Numbered from the stretch's first letter, positions 40,899 to 52,720 are shown. The stretch: DNA of 64,000 nucleotides from Octopus sinensis (GCF_006345805.1 NC_043017.1:3100001-3164000); one strand, 5' to 3'. The notes: generated by a model from the letters alone, not told the origin. Translations and numbers: made by a program.

Positions 40899-41893
40899 GT
40901 GTGTATATTTCCCTTGTTAACAATTAACACGGAAAAAATATATAAATAATTATCAGAGTAGCACACACAGAGACACACAGACATCCTGTTAAATGAAAAA
41001 ATGGAATAATCACGATGGGAACCCGCTTGGGGAGAGGTCTGCTCCCTCGGGAACTGAGTTACGGTTAAGCAACATAAACACCAACAACTCTTTTCGTTTT
41101 TTTACTTGTTTCAGTCATTTGACTGTGGCCATGCTGGAGCACCGCCTTCAGTCGAGCAAATCGACCCCAGGACTTATTCTTTGTGAGTCTAGTACTGATT
41201 CTATCGGTCACTTTTGCCGAGACGCTAAGTTACGAGGACGTAAACATACCAGCATCGGTTGTCAGGCGATGTTGGGGGGGACAAACACACGCACACAAAC
41301 ACACACAGACAGACAGACACACACACACACACACATACACACACACACACACACACGCATGCACCCAAAGTGAAGATGGAAATCCTTTTGATATCTATAT
41401 ATATAAAAGTGAAGTTGTGTGAGTGTCTCCTACGATTTAGATTCCTAACTACTCCCACATTTTGCGGTGCTGTTTAACCAAAACCGGGTATCTTATAGTC
41501 GTGATTCATATCGAGCCCTTCTGGGTATTAGCACGCGTCTACGATGAGTCTACGATTTTTAAAATAATTTACCATAATTTTTTCCATTTTAAAGCATGTT
41601 TTTTAAATAAAGGGAAGTAACTCTCTAAAAATGTCTACGATGAGTCAACTACTTCAAAAAAAATTTACCATAATTTTTTTTCCATTTTTAATGCATTTTT
41701 TGCTGTTTTTTTTGCTATAACTCTCTAAAAATGCTTTATAGTTATTTCCCTTACAAACCCGAGCAACGCCGGGCGATATTGCTAGTGATTACTAAGACCA
41801 CCTATCTGCTCGATCAGGACTGACCCGGGGCTAAACAAACAAGTCAAAAAACATAAGAGCATTTTTTTCACACTTACTTTTACCCGCAGCCAT
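31996..41893 (-). CDS. BHMT: BHMT-like copy B, complete, 7 exons, 348 aa
   Basis: Exons 41893-41878, 39518-39328, 36269-36075, 34198-34087, 33244-33066, 32966-32885, 32267-31996. Exon lengths and phases are identical to copy A, no stops or frameshifts were seen, and GLNC and GLCCG are intact. Confidence 0.92.
32885..32966 (-). CDS. BHMT: BHMT-like copy B exon 6
   Basis: 82 nt, AG/GT bounded, [12 protein letters not shown]. Confidence 0.9.
33066..33244 (-). CDS. BHMT: BHMT-like copy B exon 5
   Basis: 179 nt, AG/GT bounded, GLNCSMGP. Confidence 0.93.
34087..34198 (-). CDS. BHMT: BHMT-like copy B exon 4
   Basis: 112 nt, AG/GT bounded, EQVIW...AYGG. Confidence 0.93.
34883..35151. repeat. Perfect palindrome, 129-bp arms, 11-nt loop
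   Basis: Arms are exact reverse complements by eye; loop 35012-35022. Confidence 0.9.
35441..35812. repeat. AT-rich imperfect palindrome (shorter in copy A, about 20735-20860)
   Basis: Arms around spacer 35620-35634. Confidence 0.8.
36075..36269 (-). CDS. BHMT: BHMT-like copy B exon 3
   Basis: 195 nt, AG/GT bounded, YYGNRHK...NAMFK. Confidence 0.93.
36338..37850 (+). mobile_element. R4/Dong-like LINE fragments (copy B intron 2), two pieces
   Basis: YKYLGI...[12 protein letters not shown]...KILWDF...HNRP, then a second [11 protein letters not shown]...GGRGL piece. Confidence 0.8.
37850..38118 (-). mobile_element. SINE family 2
   Basis: Same core on minus strand. Confidence 0.75.
38590..39075 (-). 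mobile_element. Internally deleted mariner element (copy B intron 2)
   Basis: N-term [13 protein letters not shown] joined to C-term LGWDVLPHP...[12 protein letters not shown]...FWEEGI; TA-flanked end TTGGGTTGTCCAGAAAGTTC. Confidence 0.8.
39328..39518 (-). CDS. BHMT: BHMT-like copy B exon 2
   Basis: 191 nt, AG/GT bounded, [10 protein letters not shown]...LAFT. Confidence 0.93.
40549..40615 (+). ncRNA. Type I hammerhead fold, stem I degraded
   Basis: CCAC-CTGAGGA-ATGaCTGC...GCAGgCAT-GAAA-CGATCG-TC; palindromic stem III ACGATCGT. Confidence 0.55.
41394..41785 (+). mobile_element. Non-autonomous Helitron (copy B intron 1 only)
   Basis: 5' TC, subterminal hairpin CCCGAGCAACGCCGGG, 3' CTAG; empty site GATA^TGATT in copy A, no TSD. 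Confidence 0.8.
41878..41893 (-). CDS. BHMT: BHMT-like copy B exon 1
   Basis: ATG GCT GCG GGT AAA A|GTAAGT. Confidence 0.82.
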
Positions 41894-42045
41894 CGTTTCC
41901 AGTCGTTGTTCTTCGCTCTTCCTTTCGTGTTTCTCTCTTCGAGCTTTTCCTCTCTGCTGCCGTCTTCAACGCCGAATGCCAAGTGTTTCGCTCTGAGAGC
42001 AGCGTCTCTGCTAGGAAGACGCGATGCCGTCGCTCTTATCGGTTA

Positions 42046-42980
42046 GCGGCGGCGGCGGAGGCGGTGGGCGGCAGTGGTGGTGGTGGTGGTGGTGGTGGTG
42101 GTGTATATGTCTACGGCGGCGGTGATGTTGGCGGCAGTGATGACGATGGTGGTGGCCATGAAGGTGGCGGCGGCGGCGGCGGCTGTGGTTGCGGCGGTGG
42201 TAGTGGTGGTGGTGGCGGCGGCGGCGGCGGTGAAGGCGGCTGTGGTGGTGGTGGTGGTGGTGGTGGTGGTGTGGTGGTGCAAACGGTGGCGCGGCGGCGG
42301 CGGTGGTGACAGGGGTGGGCCTGGGGGGAACGCAAGTGATGTTAGTGGTGGCGGTGCGGGGGAGGTGGCGTGGGTGGGGGGGCCTTGTATTACAGCGTAA
42401 TGTTTAAAAGTTGTTGAATTTGTTGACTGGATGTTTTTGGTTAATCTCATTTGAATGATTGGTGGGAGGGTGGGGCAACGGCAGCTGGGGTGGTGGTGGT
42501 GGTGGTGGTGGTTGTGATGGCGGTTGTGGTGGTTGTGGCGGTGGTGGTGGTGGTGGCGGTGGTGGTTGTGGTGGTGGTAGTGGTGGTGGTGGTTGTGGTG
42601 GTGGTGGTCGTTGTGGTTGTGGTGGTAGTGGTGGTAGTGGTGGTGGTGGTTGTGGTTGTGGTGGTGGAGAGGTTGGTGGTGGTGGTGGTGGTGGTGTTTG
42701 TGATGTGGCGGTGTGGTGGTTGTGGCGGCGGGGGGTGGTGGTGGTGGCGGTGGTGGTTGTGGTGGTGGTAGTGGTGGTGGTGGTGGTTGTGGTTGTGGTG
42801 GTAGTGGTGGTGGTGGTTGTGGTTGTGGTGGTGGAGGTGGTGGTGGTGGTGGTGGTGGTGGTGGTGGTGTGGTGTGGTTGTGGTGGTATAGTGTGGTGTG
42901 GTGGTTGTGTTTGTGGTGGTGGAGGTGGTGGTGGTGGTGGTGGTGGTGGTGGTTGTTGTGGCGGTGGTGGTGGTGGTGGC
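42046..42980. repeat. (GGT/GGC)n G-rich tract upstream of copy B
   Basis: Paralogous, expanded tract. Confidence 0.9.
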
Positions 42981-43262
42981 TATGTGCTTAAAAAAACTCG
43001 CTTTGCGCTCTTGTGGTAGTGGTGGTTCTGTCTCACTGCGCCGCACACCTTAAACAATCCTTTTCCACCCAGACCTGGACCCGGCAAATATATATTGGGT
43101 GAGTTTGGTACAGGGAAACTGTGTGAAAGTCCGTCGTATATATAAATTTACTTATGTGTGTGTGTGTATCTGTAGAAATATATATATGTATATGTGTGCG
43201 CGTGTGGCAGGGTGAGTATGTGTGAGTGTGTATTACACGAGAACAAATTAAAATTTTTATCT

Positions 43263-43651
43263 TACTTGGAAGCACTCCGTCGGTTACGACGATGAGGGTT
43301 CCGGTTGATCCGAATCAACGGAACAGCCTGCTCGTGAAATTAACGTGTAAGTGGCTGAGCACTCCACAGACACGTGTACCCTTAACGTAGTTCTCGGGGA
43401 TATTCAGCGTGACACAGAGAGGGACAAGGCCGGCCCTTTGAAATACCGGTACAACAGAAACAGGAAGTAAGAGTGAGAGAAAGTTGTGGTGAAAGAGTAC
43501 AGCAGGGATCACCACCATCCCCTGCTGGAGCCTCGTGGAGCTTTAGGTGTTTTCGCTCAATAAACACTCACAACGCCCGGTCTGGGAATCGAAACCGCGA
43601 TCCTACGACCGCGAGTCCGCTGCCCTGACCATTGGGCCATTGCGCCTCCAC
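43263..43651 (-). mobile_element. tRNA(Arg-like)-derived SINE, family 3, with 13-bp TSD
   Basis: tRNA-like head GGAGGCGCAATGGCCCAATGGTCAGG; TSD AAAATTTTTATCT at 43250-43262 and 43652-43664. Confidence 0.85.
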
Positions 43652-44021
43652 AAAATTTTTATCTATTGAATTAGATTTGACAGTCAGTCCTTGGTAATTT
43701 TGGTGCGCTGATCACGAATTTTTACTCGGTTTTGCTCTATCTGGTCCTGGTTTGGGGTAATAAATGTTGATAAAATTTTTAAAAGCAACTCTCTGGTCGC
43801 TTTTGTGATCGCTTTTCCTAACAGCAACAAACCAGCGCCTGACACGCCTCGCTCTGCGCATTCTTACTCATGACCTCATGTACAAGTTCGTTTGACTAAT
43901 TTTGAACTGAAATAAAGATAGTGAATTTAATCGAGTGGCGGTCAGAGAAGGATGGTTTAATTGGATATAAATGGATTGTGCTTATATCAAAATAACCTTT
44001 TGACACAATTTTTTGCCCATA

Positions 44022-44336
44022 TGTTGTTCTTTGTTCCTTCTCGAGCCATGCCTGGCTCATTAGGGCCGGTTTCCCGGTTTCTTTGGCGTATAGGTTCCCC
44101 ACCTGGACGGGACGCCGGTCCATCGCAGGTGAGCTGCAAGATGCAGGAGGAAAGAGTGAGAGAAAGTTGTGGCGAAAGAAAGAGTCAGCAGAAGTTCGCC
44201 ATTCCCTTCTGCCGGAGCCGCGTGGAACTTAGGTGTTTCGCTCATAAACACACACATCGCCCGGTCTGAGATTCGAACCCACGATCCCTCGACTGCGAGT
44301 TCGCTGCTCTAACCACTAGGCCATGTGCCTCCACAG
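44022..44336 (-). mobile_element. tRNA-derived SINE, family 4, with 13-bp TSD
   Basis: A/B boxes TGGCCTAGTGG / GGTTCGAATC; TSD TTTTTTGCCCATA at 44009-44021 and 44337-44349. Confidence 0.85.
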
Positions 44337-44929
44337 TTTTTTGCCCATACAAGTCTGACGAGAACCTACTAACCATGAGACCGATTGCTACTTTGTTTTA
44401 TCAAGTCTTCGGGCTTCACTAAGAAAAATAAACATTGTGCCGAGTACTCAAATATCGACACTGCATTACGTCCTGTGCTACGTTCAAATGGAATCCCCAT
44501 TCTAATATTTAAGATTCTGCCACCACAAGAATTAGTTGAAGATGTTCCAGAAAATATTTTATTCATTCTGAAGAGACTGACACCGATTTTGACCCTAGCG
44601 TATTTGAAATTCAAAATGATCCGTAAAAATGTTTAACCAGGCCGTGTTGAGTGATCTTGTAAGCGATTTAAATTTGCCATAAAAGGCTGCAGAAATTTCA
44701 GATTTAGAGGGAAAAACTTGCTTACTTCAAATACACACTATATTTTCCAGAAAAAGAGAACTTATTAAATATTTTTGAACAGAAAATAGTTTAGTGTCTG
44801 GCTGTGACATATCTGGTTTGTTACAGGAGATGGGGGTTGAGCCTGAAGATTGAAACGATTGGCACTTGGTTTTAGACAATTCGGAAAGAAGTCTTAAATG
44901 TGTGTTGTATAATGGCTATCTATACGTCT

Positions 44930-45314
44930 GTGGAGGCGCAATGGCCCAGTGGTTAGGGCAGCGGACTCGCGGTCATAGGATCGCGGTTTCGATTCCCAGA
45001 CCGGGCGTTGTGAGTGTTTATTGAGCGAAAACACCCAAAAGCTCCACGAGGCTCCGACAGGGGATGGTGGTGATCCCTGCTGTACTCTTTCACCACAACT
45101 TTCTCTCACTCTTACTTCCTGTTTCTGTTGTACCTGTATTTCAAAGGGCCGGCCTTGTCACTCTCTGTGTCACGCTGAATATTCCCGAGAACTACGTTAA
45201 GGGTGCACGTGTCTGTGGAGTGCTCAGCCACTTACACATTAATTTCACGAGCAGGCTGTTCCGTTGATTCGGATCAACCGGAACCCTCATCGTCGTAACC
45301 GACGGAGTGCTTCC
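44930..45314 (+). mobile_element. tRNA-derived SINE, family 3, with 12-bp TSD
   Basis: Inverted near-copy of 43263-43651; TSD ATCTATACGTCT at 44918-44929 and 45315-45326. Confidence 0.85.
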
Positions 45315-45930
45315 ATCTATACGTCTCGATACCGATTGGACACTCAACGAAAATAAAAGAAGAGTATGAACATAGAGAAAAAGTTTCAAATATTATCAAC
45401 TATAGGGATGACGAGTTGATCATTTGCGTTGACTTAAAAATGGTTAATTTTCTGCCAGGAGAACAAGCGGGGTATACTAAATATTCCTGCTTCCTTTGCT
45501 AATGGGACAGCAGAGCGAAGGTAGAAGAATGTTTCAGACAAACCTGGTCAGCACAAACATCATTTACTGTCGGAGATAAAAAAAAAAAACGTAATTCACA
45601 AACCTTTAGTGACCAGAGTTAGAATTATATTTCCTCCTCTGAGTATCAAACTAGGCCTCATTAATCAATACGCAAAAACTTTAGATGCAAACGGCTAGAG
45701 TTTCAAATATATGATTTCAAAATCTCCAAGTTTAAGCTCAAAAAAGATCAAAGCAGAAATTTCAACCGTAACATCGATCATCAAAGCAGTTTATCATGGA
45801 CCAATAGCCGGATTACTACCTCCCACTTGGAAGGGTATGCGTTTGCAATCCAGGAACAGGAAATATCAACCAAGTACCAGATGCACAAAAGAGATATAGA
45901 TACAGGTAAAGCTGTAAAGTGTGACAACCC

Positions 45931-46161
45931 ATTTCTTTATTACCCACAAGGGGCTAAACATAGAAGGGACAAACAAGGACAGACATAGGTATTAAGTCGA
46001 TTACATCGACCCCAGTGCGTAACTGGTACTTAATTTATCGACCCCGAAAGGATGAAAGGTAAAGTCGACCTCGGCGGAATTTGAACTCACAACGTAACGG
46101 CAGACGAAATACCGCTAAGCATTTCGCCCGACGTGCTAACGTTTCTGCCAGCTCGCTGCCG
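45931..46161 (-). mobile_element. SINE family 2, full length, flanked by duplicated GTAAAGTGTGACAACC
   Basis: Core match; TSD-like repeat on both sides. Confidence 0.8.
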
Positions 46162-46169
46162 TAAAGTGT

Positions 46170-46820
46170 GACAACCGATGCAGACTTTGAGGAGTTCACG
46201 CTGAAGATATCGCCTGCATCATAAGCAGTTGTCCGAAAATGTCATCATGGTATTATCTACCGATGAGACATGACGTTGTAGCTAGGATACTCTGTAATGA
46301 AATCCGTCGGAAGGGTAATCCCGAGGACAAAGAAATAAGAACCCACAGTATGGTAGAAACCATAGCCACTCATAATGAAAAGGAATACTTGTCGAATGTC
46401 CCAGTGGAAACCTCAATAAAATGTAAGCACAACAGACCTGATATAATGATTTGGAATAGAGAAGAGAAATTGTGCACAGTTGTAGAAATTAGCTGCCCAG
46501 CGGATGTTTACATAAAACTGAAGATCAGTGAAAAGGAGAAGATCTATGCTGAACTATTGAGAAATCGCGAGTTACTCTATCCATATCACAAATTCAGGTT
46601 TATACCAGTAATTATTGGGACCCTGGAATATGTAACACAATGCCTAAATACCAAACTTGAGAAATTAGGCTTCTCAAAACCAGAGAGGTGAAAGCTAATT
46701 CGAAGGCTACAGATCTGTAAAAATCTGTAAAACTTTCCAGAAGTTTATCATTTAAATATATATGAGCCTGTCTAGATATGCAACTATATGCATGAGAATA
46801 CATACATAAAACATACAACC
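46170..46820 (+). mobile_element. R4/Dong-like LINE 3' end with restriction-like endonuclease domain
   Basis: RHD.VA, HNRPDIMIW...VVEISCP (PD-D/ExK); ends in (TACA)n. The same 3' end occurs at 28590-28740. Confidence 0.8.
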
Positions 46821-47178
46821 CTGCACATTCATACATACATACATACATACATACATGCATACATACATACATACATACATACATACATACATACATACAT
46901 ACATACATACATACATACATACAAAACAGCCCTGTTGTTGATGCTGAAATTCCATTAAAGCAGCCTTGAATCTAGGGTAGAAACTGGTTCTCTCTCTAAT
47001 GGCAAGAAATCTTGAAGTAAACTGAATATTGATATACCTACCTACCTACATATATACATACATGCATGCTTACAAAAACACCTTGTTGTTCATGTTGAAA
47101 TTCCAATGAAGGATACTTAGTTCTAGGTTAGTAACCGGCACTTTATTGGCAAGAAATCTTGAAATAAAACTGAACAAT

Positions 47179-47264
<86 letters not shown>

Positions 47265-47438
47265 TTAAATATTAGGGAATAAATCCAAATTTACAGGGAA
47301 AAAATCAGATTTAGGATTAAATCCAATTTTATAGTAAAATATTATAAAATATTATTAGAGACAAAACACTATTTTGCAAAACAAACAAGGAAAGACTTAA
47401 TCAATACATAAAATTTTAATAAATAGTCAAAAAAACCG

Positions 47439-47481
47439 CCACTACAATTGTTACTTGTCTTGATCGACAATCTTCAGGTGG
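47439..47481 (-). ncRNA. Minimal type I hammerhead fold with one core mutation (GAAA>GTAA)
   Basis: CCAC-CTGAAGA-TTGTC-gatcaa-GACAA-GTAA-CAATTG-TA-GTGG; all three stems pair. Confidence 0.6.
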
Positions 47482-47603
47482 ACTTCCAATAAGTCAGTTT
47501 CAAATTATGAAGTAATTTGAAACTATTTATTAAAATTTTATGTATTGATTAAGTCTTTCCTTGTTTGTTTTGCAAAATAGTGGTTTTGTCTCTAATAATA
47601 TTT

Positions 47604-47637
<34 letters not shown>

Positions 47638-47642
47638 TAATT

Positions 47643-47695
<53 letters not shown>

Positions 47696-47760
47696 TAAAA
47701 CGGTTAGATAACAAAAGAAAGAAAGAGACCTCAATATTATGTAAATAGAGGAAATTTATC

Positions 47761-47972
47761 TATAAAATAATATGTTACATTACTCGATAGTCAAGATAAA
47801 ACTCTGAGTTTCAGATGCCGAAGTGGGAATCCACAACGCCATCTCTTCGGTTATCTAGCTAGATAACGTTTTCAAATAGCCAGATAACCGAAGAGATGTC
47901 GTGGATTCCCACTTTGGCATCTGAAACTCAGAGTTTTATCTTGACTATCGAGTAATGTAACATATTATTGTA
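47761..47972. repeat. Inverted repeat, about 95-bp arms, each with a hammerhead-like fold
   Basis: AATAATATGTTACATTACTCGATAG.../...CTATCGAGTAATGTAACATATTATT. Confidence 0.85.
47883..47940 (+). ncRNA. Type I hammerhead-like fold (CCGAAGA variant); inverted twin at 47795-47855
   Basis: GATAA-CCGAAGA-GATG...CATC-T-GAAA-CTCAGAG-TT-TTATC. Confidence 0.5.
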
Positions 47973-47995
47973 TATATATATATATATATATATAT

Positions 47996-48051
<56 letters not shown>

Positions 48052-48239
48052 AGAGTTTACGAAAAAACAAAAGACGAAGACAGGTGGTGTATAAAACAAA
48101 CAGATGTATAAGTATAATGCTCAGGAATAGAAAATGTCTTTTACGTTTCGAGCCTACGCTCTTCTAAAGAAAGGGACACAGAAAAAAAAACAAGGAGAGA
48201 AACAAGGAGAGAAAAATAAGGAAAGAAAAAATGAGAGAA

Positions 48240-48285
<46 letters not shown>

Positions 48286-48890
48286 CAATTTTTCGCACAA
48301 GGCCAGCGAGTTCGGTGGAGGGCTAAAGTTGATTACATCAACTGGTACCTATTTTATCGATCTCGAAAGTATGAAAGGCAAAGTCAACCTCAGCGGAATT
48401 TGAAATCAGAACGTAAAGACGGACAAAATGCCAGTTAGCATTTTTTCCGGCCTGCTAGAGACTCCGTCAGCTGATCGCTTTATGTACGCCATATATTGAG
48501 TAATTTTTTCATCTCGTTTCTAATGCCAAAACTACATTCATTTATGTAGATATAATTCCTTCGAATTCATGAACCGATTCATAATCCGCCATATTGGAAC
48601 AGGTATATCTATGCTACAAGCTAATAATATTTATATTTAATGAATGTGGAAAACATTAAATGCTTCACAAACAATAATAAAATATATCGTAGATACTGTT
48701 TATCGTAAAATCTATAATATCTTATATCAAGATGTCATATTTTATGGGTTCTGGCCATGTTTTTTTACCTGGCCTAGTTTTTATCTTTTGATACAAGAAC
48801 GATAACGGAAGTAAGTATGCAATTCGTTTATATACCAGCACATCTACTTAAGCGCGCACACACACACACACACAGAGGCACACACAGAGG

Positions 48891-48921
<31 letters not shown>

Positions 48922-49779
48922 CACACACACACACACACAAGCATATATCAGTTGGAAAAAGACAGGTGGTGTGCAGAAATCTTTCTCCAACTCTCCTTTT
49001 CACATTCTCGCATTCTAGATATCCTCTGTCATGTATGTATATATGTATGCATGTATGTATGTACGTACGAATGTATATATGTATGTATGTATGTATGGAT
49101 GGATGGATGGATGGATGGATGGATGTGTGTGTGTGTATGTACGTATTTATGTATAAGGATGGTCACGGCTGAACACTAAAACGCTTCAGATAAAAGGACC
49201 GACTTTGTGCTGAAACAGCTTAACCACAAATTGCTTAGTAAGCTGTTGCTGTTGCAGTTGTTGTTGTTGTCGTTGTTGAATGATGATGATGATGACGATG
49301 ATGATGATGATGACGATGATGACGATGATGACGATGATAATGACGATGATGTTGTTTAACCGATGGTCGGCCTTTATGAAGCAGATCAATGATTAAAGAC
49401 ATTGCAACACTTCCCACCTTTTTTTTGTTTGCTTTTTTTTCTGTTTTTTCGTGGGACATATTGTATCCAGGATTACCTAAGTCAACGTGGTCTGGCATTT
49501 CTGTTATTTCTGGGGGGGGGGGGGGCTACTATTTCTTTTTTTTTTTTTTGCAGATCGAATGACCATATCCATGATAGGTGTAAAAAACGAACTGAAGATG
49601 TTGCCGTATGTATTTATAAAAATGGTTTTTGTGGCTGTTGTTTTGTTCCAGGTCAAGACTTCTCCTGAAAACCACATTCGAAAACCTTCTAGTCACAACT
49701 AGACCGTCTTTTATTTTTCCAGTTATTGTATCCAATACTAACATATCGCCTTTCCTGTATTTTAAGACAATAGTAGTAG

Positions 49780-50045
49780 CAAAGTAAAGTTCCTTCCCGA
49801 GTCATAGACTCCTGGGGCCCGTTTTCTTGCTTTTCATACCGTATATGTTCCCTGTATATGTTCCCCACCTGGACGGGACGCTAGTCCGTCGTAGGATAAC
49901 TCACTTTTTCTAGCTGAGTGTACTGGAGCAACGTGAAAGGAAGTGTTTTGCTCAAGAAAACAACACATCTCTCGGTCCGGAAATCGAAACCACAATCTTA
50001 CGATCACGAGTCCAACACCCTAGCCACAGAACTTCGCGCCTCCAC
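49780..50045 (-). mobile_element. tRNA-derived SINE (V-SINE-like core), degraded
   Basis: Head GTGGAGGCGCG..., core CTTGAGCAAAACACTT...TCCAGTACACTCAGCT; tail shares CGTCCCGTCCAGGTGGGGAA with family 4. Confidence 0.6.
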
Positions 50046-50065
50046 TAAGATAGTAGAGTCTAATC

Positions 50066-50453
50066 TTATTTCTTTATTGCCCACAAGGGGCAACACATAG
50101 AGGGGACAAAAAACGACAGACGGAGAGATTAAGTCGATTACATCAACCCCAGTGCGTAACTGGTACTTAATTTATCGACCACTAAAGGATGAAAGGCAAA
50201 GTCGTCCTCGGCGGAATTTGAACTCAGAACGTAACGGCAGACGAAATACCTATTTCTTTACTACCCACAAGGGGCTAAACACAGAGAGAACAAACAAGGA
50301 CAGACAAACGGATTAAGTCGATTGTATCGACGCCAGTGCGTAACTGGTACTTATTTAATCGACCCCGAAAGGATGAAAGGCAAAGTCGACCTCGGCGGAA
50401 TTTAAACTCAGAACATAGTGGCAGACAAAATACGTTTCTGCCAGCTCGCCGCC
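50066..50453 (-). mobile_element. SINE family 2 dimer
   Basis: Two tandem cores. Confidence 0.8.
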
Positions 50454-50529
50454 TTTGTGGACATAGTGTGGTCTAATCTTGAGTGACATTTGGCTGCAAT
50501 GCGTGGCTGGTCGTTCCTCAGATTCAGGC

Positions 50530-51038
50530 CCCGTCTTGCATCGGAAAGACAATTTAGTGTATGTTTACATAGAGATGTAGTGATATATTTTATCATTTTG
50601 TCAGAAGATTAACTGCAATGTTTAATTGCAAACACAAAGTGTTAGTATTGATTGTATGTCACAAAGACACAAACATAAACTCTACTCGCCGTGTTAACCA
50701 GTGTATATTTGCAATTTGCTCATGTCGACATCTTTGCTATGCTATTCATAAGCTTTTGTTAATCTTATACACATAATCGTGTTATTTTTCACAGTTTGTT
50801 GATTTTCTATTATTTACTTCTTGCTCTTCAACACCGGATCGGTTCTGGTAAAGACTATAATCAAAATGATCTAGTTGCTGCCATTCTATTTTATTTTCTT
50901 TCTTTTTTTTAGACCAGCGGGTCCGAGCAGAGAAGTATTTTAACCTCTATTTTTAGCAATGCCCGTGCTCACGTATTACCCTTGTGTAGATACATACATA
51001 CATACATATATACATACATACATACATACATACATACA

Positions 51039-51069
<31 letters not shown>

Positions 51070-51185
51070 GCATATGTGTATGTATGTATACATATGTCAT
51101 GGGATCACACGTGATCACGTGACTGACGATTTAATTCGTTTGTCCATGTATCTCATGTTGTTTACACAGTTGGTGACGTCCTATA

Positions 51186-51269
<84 letters not shown>

Positions 51270-52060
51270 CATTATTATTTAATTGAACGTCACGCATCTA
51301 TTTCCAAGTAAGCATATATATATGCAAACACACACACACACACACACACACAAATATGTATGTATATATGCACATGTATGTGTGTGTGTGTTTACGACAA
51401 AAGTATACACAATATATTACATATGGTACCTATTTATCTATAAACGTATTTCTGTGTGTATGGGTGTCCCTGAGAGTATGTTTGTTTATCTATATGAGTG
51501 TGAACTGGGTTAGCGATGTAAACAAACAAGAAGAAGAAGAAGAAGAAGAAGAAGAAGAAGAAGAAGAAGAAGAGGTGGACCAGCAGCAGGATGACGAGAA
51601 GGAGCAGGAGGATGAGGAAGAGCAAGGGGACGTGGAGGACCAGCAGAGGCACGAGGGGGAATTCGAGATAAGCTGCGTCTTATTAAAAGATAGGACAGTG
51701 ACGGACAGAACATCTTATCCATAGTTAGTCTTCATCAGAATCCGCCTGGTGTTGAAGAAAAGACAAATAAATAAGAGAAAATCAAGAAACGGCGAGAATA
51801 AGATTGTTATGTGTATAATAAGATTTAAGAAAAGCTTAAGAATAATATGGCAAGGATGTTGACAATGAGCCAACTGCAAATATACACTGGTTAACACCGA
51901 GAGCAGATTTTGGATTTGTGCCTGTGTGACGAACAATCAATATTAACACTTTCTGTTTGCAATTAAACATTGCAGATAATCTTCTGACAAATTGATGAAA
52001 CATTTCTACGTCTTTATATAAACATACTCCAAACGGTCTTTTCTGTGCAAGACACATACC
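50530..52060. repeat. Diverged inverted duplicate (50530-50870 vs 51715-52060)
   Basis: Shared blocks TTGTCAGAAGATTA.CTGCAATGTTTAATTGCAAACA and GTGTTAACCAGTGTATATTTGCA in opposite orientation. Confidence 0.8.
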
Positions 52061-52109
52061 TCTCTGAATAACCTTTTCTACTCTGAATATCCACATTGAA
52101 TATATTTTT

Positions 52110-52720
52110 CTACTCTAGGCACTAAGCCCGAAATTCTGGGGAAGGGGCTAGTCGATTAAATTGACCCCAGTACGCAAATGGTAATCAATTTATCGACCCT
52201 GAAAGGATGAAAGGCAAAGTCGACCTCGGCGGAATTTGAACTTAGAACGTAAAGACAGACGAAATACTGCTAAGCATTTCGCCTGGCGTGCTAACGTTTC
52301 TTATTTCTTTATTGCCCACAAGGGGCTAAACACAGAGGAGACACAGAGGGGACAAACAAGGTCAGACAAACGGATCAAGTCGATTATATCGACCCCAGTG
52401 CGTAACTGGTACTTATTTAATCGACCCCGAAACGATGAAAGGCAAAGTCGACCTCGGCGGAATTTGAACTCGGAACGTAGTGGCAGACGAAATACCTATT
52501 TCTTTACTACCCACAAGGGGCTAAACACAGAGAGGACAAACAAGGACAGACACACGGATTAAGTCGATTATATCGACCCCAGTGCGTAACTGGTACTTAT
52601 TTAATCGACCCCGAAAGGATGAAAGGCAAAGTCGACCTCGGCGGAATTTGAACTCGGAACGTAGCGGCAGACGAAATACCGCAAAGCATTTCGCCCGGCG
52701 TACTTACGGTTCTGCCAGCT
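52110..52720 (-). mobile_element. SINE family 2 trimer
   Basis: Three tandem cores. Confidence 0.8.

Larger units (their letters stand above)
43236..45770 (+). mobile_element. Chapaev3-like (CMC superfamily) DNA transposon fossil with degraded transposase
   Basis: Broken-frame motifs REPTNHETDCYF, FNQAVLSDLVSDLNL, CDISGLLQEMG, RSLKCVL, IICVDLKMVNFL.GEQAGYTKYSCFLC*WDSRA, IIFPPLSIKLGL. TTA|CAC left terminus. Family assignment is from memory. Confidence 0.72.

Noticed and set aside
31996-41893. Copy B as an uncollapsed allele (assembly artefact) of copy A
   Set aside because: Many amino-acid differences, distinct TE insertions, inversions and kb-scale indels favour true paralogues; read depth would confirm
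44930-45005. tRNA-Arg-like cloverleaf
   Set aside because: It is the head of a TSD-flanked SINE, not a tRNA gene
51527-51724. Acidic poly-Glu ORF segment
   Set aside because: (GAA)n-derived low complexity with no supporting splice sites
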